Shown here piece by piece: positions 24,185-28,738 of a stretch of 28,738 nt of DNA. The notes below the pieces were generated by a model. That model was not told the origin of the DNA. It saw only the letters and a list, made by a program, of their open reading frames with translations, and searched no databases. The translations under genes were made by a program, and so were the position numbers. The number at the start of each line of letters is the position of its first letter. Within the stretch, counting starts at the first letter, position 1. This DNA comes from Pyrinomonadaceae bacterium (GTDB lineage Bacteria > Acidobacteriota > Blastocatellia > Pyrinomonadales > Pyrinomonadaceae): the NCBI GenBank assembly GCA_050999015.1, contig JBPCPQ010000291.1, positions 1 to 28,738 of the forward strand. The letters run 5' to 3'.

Positions 24185-24745
24185 ATGCCGGAAGAAACAC
24201 CGCTCGACTATTATGACGTGCTGCAGGTCAGCACGAGCGCCGAGCCGGAGACCATCAATCGCGTCTACCGGATGCTCGCGCAACGGTTCCATCCCGACAA
24301 TCAGAAAACAGGCGACGAGAGCCGCTTCCGCGCGCTCCTCGAAGCCTACACAATTCTGAGCGACCCGGAAAAGCGAGCGCGGTATGACGTTGTGCATCAG
24401 CAGCAGCGGCAGGATCGCTGGCGGCTCGTGTCCACCGGCGCGCAGGTTGAGAACGATTTCGAGATGGAGCAAATCGTCCGGCTTACGGTGCTCGAAGTCC
24501 TCTACACCAAACGGCGCATGGAGCCGAGTGACCCCAGCATCTTTTCGCGCGATCTTGAGAGACTGACCGGCAGGCCGCGTGAGCATCTCGAGTTCACCAT
24601 CTGGTATCTCGTGCAGAAGAGGTTGGTGACGCGCGACGATAATTCAAGCATGCACCTGACGGCTGAAGGCGCTGAATACTTGGAGCAGAGCTATCGCGCC
24701 AATTTACAGCAGAAGCGACTGCAAGCTTCCAACGAGAACAAGTGA
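24185..24745 (+). CDS. J-domain (DnaJ-like) protein with a C-terminal helical domain
   Basis: DYYDVLQV, AQRFHPDN (HPD motif) and AYTILSDPEKRARYD; C-terminal FTIWYLVQKRLV...LTAEGAEYLE. Confidence 0.88.
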   Translation: MPEETPLDYYDVLQVSTSAEPETINRVYRMLAQRFHPDNQKTGDESRFRALLEAYTILSDPEKRARYDVVHQQQRQDRWRLVSTGAQVENDFEMEQIVRLTVLEVLYTKRRMEPSDPSIFSRDLERLTGRPREHLEFTIWYLVQKRLVTRDDNSSMHLTAEGAEYLEQSYRANLQQKRLQASNENK

Positions 24746-24923
24746 GCCTGCGCGCACCGCGTGCCCTCAACACCCGCAGCCGGTAGTTCTTTTTAAGCTT
24801 CGATTATCCGCCGCGCTGTCGTCAGCAACATAAGCGCCTGTGGTAAAATCCATCACGTAAATGCGATTAACCTTTTACCGAAACAATACGCTGCCGACGG
24901 TCATACTTACGGGCGGTGTAAGA

Positions 24924-24954
24924 ACTGCCCACTGACCACCGGCCACGAATCACT
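24924..24954. repeat. 7-nt tandem repeat (ACTGACC family, single arm)
   Basis: ACTGCCC ACTGACC ACCGGCC ACGAATC ACT; same family as 3188-3218, just upstream of the AAGGAGA RBS. Confidence 0.6.
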
Positions 24955-24975
24955 CTTTCAAGGAGAAATTCAGCA

Positions 24976-25395
24976 ATGCCTTATCCAGAAATGTTCATTG
25001 CCCCGATGCGACAAGACCTGACGAACATCGGGGTTGAAGAGACTAGAAAGCCGGAGCAGGTCGAAGAAGCTCTGAACAAAAGCGACGGCACGGTGCTGGT
25101 CGTCGTCAACTCGGTCTGCGGCTGTGCGGCGGGCAAGGCCCGACCGGGCGTCGCCCTCGCGCTTCAGCACGAACGCCGCCCCGACCGCTCCATCACCGTC
25201 TTCGCCGGAGCGGACATTGACGCGACCGACACGGCGCGCAGCTACTTCGCGCCCTACCGCCCGTCGTCGCCACAAATCGCGCTCTTCAAAGACGGCCAGC
25301 TCGTCTATATGATGGAGCGTCATCAAATCGAAGGAAAATTCGCCGAGCAAATCGCGCGGGATTTAACCCAAGCCTTCGACGAGCACTGCGCATAA
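24976..25395 (+). CDS. BrxA/BrxB family bacilliredoxin (YphP/YqiW, DUF1094)
   Basis: MPYPEMFIAPMRQDLT start, VVVNSVCGCAAGKARPG (CGC active site), TVFAGAD and PSSPQIALFKDG; AAGGAGA RBS. Confidence 0.92.
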   Translation: MPYPEMFIAPMRQDLTNIGVEETRKPEQVEEALNKSDGTVLVVVNSVCGCAAGKARPGVALALQHERRPDRSITVFAGADIDATDTARSYFAPYRPSSPQIALFKDGQLVYMMERHQIEGKFAEQIARDLTQAFDEHCA

Positions 25396-25399
25396 TAAG

Positions 25400-25469
25400 G
25401 GATGAGGGCGGAAGGATGAGGGATGAAACAAAAAGTTCCTATTCATCCCTCATCCTTCCACCCTCATCC
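25400..25469. repeat. 7-nt tandem repeat inverted pair (GGATGAG / CTCATCC family)
   Basis: Left GGATGAG GGCGGAA GGATGAG GGATGAA; right TTCATCC CTCATCC TTCCACC CTCATCC. The arms are 27/28 complementary with a 14-nt loop, ending 8 nt before the recG ATG. Confidence 0.88.
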
Positions 25470-25477
25470 CTTCGTCT

Positions 25478-27916
25478 ATGACCGCCCTCACTCTCTTAAC
25501 GCCGATCCTCTCGCTCCCCCAACACCGCATCCCGCGCCTCGGCGCGACGGGCGCGCGGCGGCTCGCGCTCGCGCTGGCGAACGTCTCAGGCAAGGGAGAC
25601 GCGGGCGAATCAACAATTGAAGACCTGCTCAATTACCTGCCGATGCGCTACGAGGATCGCTCGAACCTCGCGCGCATCAGCGACCTTTATGACGGACTTG
25701 AGGCTTCGCTCGAACTTTACGTCCGCGTCGCGGGCGGCTTTCAGGTGGGAAAGAATCGTTCGCCGAAAGCGCCGCCACTCTTCATTTTTGAGATTACGGC
25801 GAGCGACCCCGAACGAACGGGTAAGCCCGTCGTCGTGTGGTGGTTCGTCTCGGGACGACAGGCGCAGCGCATCGTCGCTTACAACCGCCAGCGGTTCGAG
25901 CGGAGCGTGCGCTTCATCGCGTTTGGCAGGTGGGAGTGGGACGCGCGCCGCAACACCTTTGCCTTACGCCTCAACAAACCCGATGAACTTGAAATGCTTC
26001 CCGGCACGTGGACGCCGCCGGAGCACGCGCTACTCCGCCTCACCGAAGACGGGGGACAGGGGTCGGGGGTCGGGGGTCGGGAAAAAGAAGAACAAGAGGG
26101 GGAAGGGGGAAAGGGAAAGGGAAAGGGAGATGCTCATGGTAATTCGGCAGCCTTGAGTGATGAAGCGGATGCGGGAGAAGAGTCATCTGGTGTTGCAGAT
26201 GATCTTGAAGATGAAGATGAGGAGGGCGGGCACGATCCGGCGCTGGCGGCGATTCACGTCGGGCGGCGCGTGCCGGTGTATCGCAAGCTCGGAGAGTTTC
26301 GCACGAAGCGTCTGCGCGAGATTGTGCATGATGTCTTGGCGCGGTTAGATGACGAACAGATTGAAGAGACGCTACCCGCCGAATTACTCGTCCGGCAACA
26401 CTTGGTCAGTCGCGTCGAAGCCGTGCGTCGCATCCACTTCCCAATCGAAGATGTGCCGCTCGCCGAATACGAGCGGGCGCGAAGTCCGGCGCACCTGCGT
26501 CTCATCTTCGAGGAATTTTTCTGGGTCGCGCTTGCCATCGCCGTCCGTCGCGGTGAAAGAATCAAGGAGCCGAAGGGCGCGCTGATCGAAGTCACCGACC
26601 GCGTGCGTGAACGGATGGACTCGATTCTTCCCTTCACCCTCACCGCCGCGCAACAACGCTCGCTGACGCGCATCCTCGACGACATGCAATCGGACGCCCC
26701 GATGAATCGTCTCTTGCAGGGTGATGTCGGCAGCGGTAAAACGGTGGTCGCGCTGCTGGCGATGCTCGCCGCGATGGAGAACGGCTACCAGTCGGCGCTG
26801 ATGGTGCCCACAGAAATCCTCGCTGAGCAACACGCGCGCAACATTAAACGCATGCTCGCCCCGACGCCTTACCGCGTCGAGATGCTCGTCGGTTCCTTAC
26901 GCGCGGGCGAGAAGCGAAAACTTCATGCCGCGCTCGCCGAAGGCGAAGTCCACGCCTGCATCGGGACGCATGCGGTGATTCAGGAGGCAGTGTCGTTCAG
27001 CAAGCTCGGCCTCGTCGTGATTGACGAGCAGCACCGCTTCGGCGTGCTGCAACGCGCGGCGCTCCGCGAGCGCGGTTTCAACCCGGACGTTTTAGTGATG
27101 ACCGCGACGCCGATTCCCCGTTCGCTCGCAATGACCGTCTACGGTGACCTTGATGTATCGGTGATTGACGAACTGCCGCCCGGAAGGACGCCGATTAAAA
27201 CCGTCGTCGTCGGCGAGGATCAGCGCGCGGGCGTTTATAAAGGCGTCGAGCGCGAAGTGCGGAGCGGGCGTCAGGTTTACGTCGTTTATCCGCTCGTCGA
27301 AGAATCGGAGAAGATGGATTTGAAAGACGCGACGCGGATGTTTGAACAACTGCGCGACCGAGTGTTTCCGCATTTCCAGATCGGTCTGCTGCACGGCAGA
27401 ATGAAAACTGCGGAGAAGGAAGAAGCGATGCGCGCCTTCGTCTCCGGCGCGACGCAGGTACTCGTCGCCACCACGGTCGTCGAAGTCGGCGTTGACGTGC
27501 CGAACGCCTCGGTGATGGTGATCGAGCACGCCGAGCGCTTCGGCCTCTCGCAGCTTCATCAATTGCGCGGGCGCGTCGGGCGCGGCGCGGAGAAATCCTT
27601 CTGCGTGCTGCTCGCTTCCGACAAACAAACGAGTGTCGCGCGCGCGCGCCTCGGCATCATGGAGGAAACGTCGGACGGTTTTCGCATCGCCGAGAAAGAC
27701 CTCGAACTTCGCGGCCCCGGCGAAGTGATGGGCACCAGACAATCAGGCGTCCCAGTGTTCCGCGTCGGCAATCTCGTGCGCGACATCGAGATTCTGGAAG
27801 AAGCGCGGCGCGAAGCCGATTACTATTTCACCGCCCGCAAGCGCACGCGCGAAACATCCCAACTCATCGAGCGCGTGCGCGCCGACGTGCGCTTCGGATT
27901 GGCTGCCGTCGGGTGA
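25478..27916 (+). CDS. recG: ATP-dependent DNA helicase RecG
   Basis: LLNYLPMRYEDRS, MNRLLQGDVGSGKT (Walker A), IDEQHRFG, MTATPIPRSL, ATTVVEVGVDVPNA, QLHQLRGRVGRG and DLELRGPGE. Confidence 0.97.
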   Translation: MTALTLLTPILSLPQHRIPRLGATGARRLALALANVSGKGDAGESTIEDLLNYLPMRYEDRSNLARISDLYDGLEASLELYVRVAGGFQVGKNRSPKAPPLFIFEITASDPERTGKPVVVWWFVSGRQAQRIVAYNRQRFERSVRFIAFGRWEWDARRNTFALRLNKPDELEMLPGTWTPPEHALLRLTEDGGQGSGVGGREKEEQEGEGGKGKGKGDAHGNSAALSDEADAGEESSGVADDLEDEDEEGGHDPALAAIHVGRRVPVYRKLGEFRTKRLREIVHDVLARLDDEQIEETLPAELLVRQHLVSRVEAVRRIHFPIEDVPLAEYERARSPAHLRLIFEEFFWVALAIAVRRGERIKEPKGALIEVTDRVRERMDSILPFTLTAAQQRSLTRILDDMQSDAPMNRLLQGDVGSGKTVVALLAMLAAMENGYQSALMVPTEILAEQHARNIKRMLAPTPYRVEMLVGSLRAGEKRKLHAALAEGEVHACIGTHAVIQEAVSFSKLGLVVIDEQHRFGVLQRAALRERGFNPDVLVMTATPIPRSLAMTVYGDLDVSVIDELPPGRTPIKTVVVGEDQRAGVYKGVEREVRSGRQVYVVYPLVEESEKMDLKDATRMFEQLRDRVFPHFQIGLLHGRMKTAEKEEAMRAFVSGATQVLVATTVVEVGVDVPNASVMVIEHAERFGLSQLHQLRGRVGRGAEKSFCVLLASDKQTSVARARLGIMEETSDGFRIAEKDLELRGPGEVMGTRQSGVPVFRVGNLVRDIEILEEARREADYYFTARKRTRETSQLIERVRADVRFGLAAVG
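26051..26127 (+). repeat. G-rich 7-nt repeats (GGGGGTC; GGGGGAA) inside recG
   Basis: GGGGGAC AGGGGTC GGGGGTC GGGGGTC GGG (26051-26081) and GGGGGAA GGGGGAA AGGGAAA GGGAAAGGG (26098-26127), translated in frame. Confidence 0.8.
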
Positions 27917-28023
27917 TGAACTAACAGTGATGGAAGAAATGAAAACATTAAATGGAAAAAGAAAGGTGAATGCGTAACCGCTTTTACCATCCACTTTCTC
28001 TCTTTCCCTTTTCCCACTTCTGA

Positions 28024-28050
28024 ATCCTGTCTATCCTGTCCATCCTTGTT
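28024..28050. repeat. 9-nt tandem repeat ATCCTGTCT ATCCTGTCC ATCCTTGTT
   Basis: Three units with period 9 in the spacer after recG, next to purine/pyrimidine-rich arms at about 27930-28020. Confidence 0.6.
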
Positions 28051-28083
28051 AGGTTTTCTTATTTTGGTGTAGAGAGTAAATCA

Positions 28084-28738
28084 ATGATTCACGCCCTTAA
28101 ATGCCCGTCCTGTTCCGCGCCCTTAGATCACGATGACGACAGCGCGAGCCGTACTATCCGCTGCCCATTTTGCAACAACACGGTGATCGTCCCCGACGCT
28201 TTGCGCCGCACCCGCTCGCTACCCGCCCTGCCGCACCAAAAGACTTCGGTGGTTCCCCTTCTGGTTATCGGGGTGGTGGTGTCCGTCGTCCTCGTCGCGG
28301 GCGTGGTCGTAACGATTGCGATTTCCTTCCTCCGCCCAGCGCGCGTCGCCAACGTCTCGCCAACCCTGCCGCGACAAACGCTCGACATCCCGCGCCCACC
28401 CACGCCAAAGACGAATCCTTCGCCCGCCGGCTTCGCCTCTGTCACGCTCCAGTTCGGCAGCGAGGGCACGGGGGCGGGGACGTTCACCGATGCGCGGCAC
28501 GTCGCCGTTGACGGCGAGGGGCGCGTTTATGTTGGCGAGTATTCGGGAGGCCGCGTGCAGGTCTTCGACGCGGCGGGCAAGTTCATCACGCAATGGATCG
28601 CGGACGCGAAGATGCCGATGCGCGGATTGGCCGCTGACCGTAAAGGCACGGTCTACGTCGTGCAGCGCGGCAAGATTGAAAGGCGTGAGGGAGAGAGCGG
28701 GGCGCTCCTCGGAGTAGTTCAGTATTCGGACGGCTCTG
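28084..28738 (+). CDS. Zn-ribbon + TM + NHL-repeat (beta-propeller) protein, partial; runs off the window
   Basis: My translation: MIHALKCPSCSAPL...IRCPFCNNTV (2 x CxxC), a hydrophobic TM, a Pro-rich linker, then FGSEGTGAGTFTDARHVAVDGEGRVYVGEYSGGRVQVFDAAGKFITQW (NHL repeat). No stop before the window end. Confidence 0.85.
   Translation, partial: MIHALKCPSCSAPLDHDDDSASRTIRCPFCNNTVIVPDALRRTRSLPALPHQKTSVVPLLVIGVVVSVVLVAGVVVTIAISFLRPARVANVSPTLPRQTLDIPRPPTPKTNPSPAGFASVTLQFGSEGTGAGTFTDARHVAVDGEGRVYVGEYSGGRVQVFDAAGKFITQWIADAKMPMRGLAADRKGTVYVVQRGKIERREGESGALLGVVQYSDGS

Noticed and set aside
26040-26240. Frameshift or pseudogene in recG at the G-runs
   Set aside because: The reading frame is continuous for 812 aa and all helicase motifs are intact downstream.

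Overview
A 28.7-kb chromosomal window. Protein style and gene content suggest Acidobacteriota, probably Blastocatellia/Pyrinomonadaceae-like; this is inference, not a database result. The left, GC-rich part is a + strand run: a partial M16-family peptidase, ubiE/menG, two dpp/opp-type permeases, an ABC-2 exporter pair, an HDAC/AcuC deacetylase, crtI and mtgA. It converges on a - strand type IVa pilus assembly operon, pilMNOPQ, followed by an MglC-like roadblock gene. That operon has a near-consensus sigma70 promoter and a leader of about 430 nt containing a clear c-di-GMP-I (GEMM-I) riboswitch aptamer. The middle is visibly more AT-rich. It holds a divergent membrane-anchored hypothetical gene, an unknown helical protein, rdgB, tRNA-Pro(UGG), HU, a small protein ending in an SsrA-like tail, a NUDIX hydrolase, an AI-2E transporter, tRNA-Arg(UCU) and tRNA-His(GUG). 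The right end has a J-domain protein, a bacilliredoxin, recG with a G-rich in-frame insertion, and a partial Zn-ribbon/TM/NHL gene. Best candidates for something undescribed: (1) cyclic-dinucleotide riboswitch control of a myxobacterial-style pilMNOPQ-mglC pilus/polarity module in an apparent acidobacterium; (2) a recurring family of 7-nt tandem-repeat inverted arms with different unit sequences that fill the spacers, abut start codons and invade coding sequence; (3) a 110-nt multi-stem element in the divergent pil promoter region. No CRISPR array, integrase or transposase was seen.
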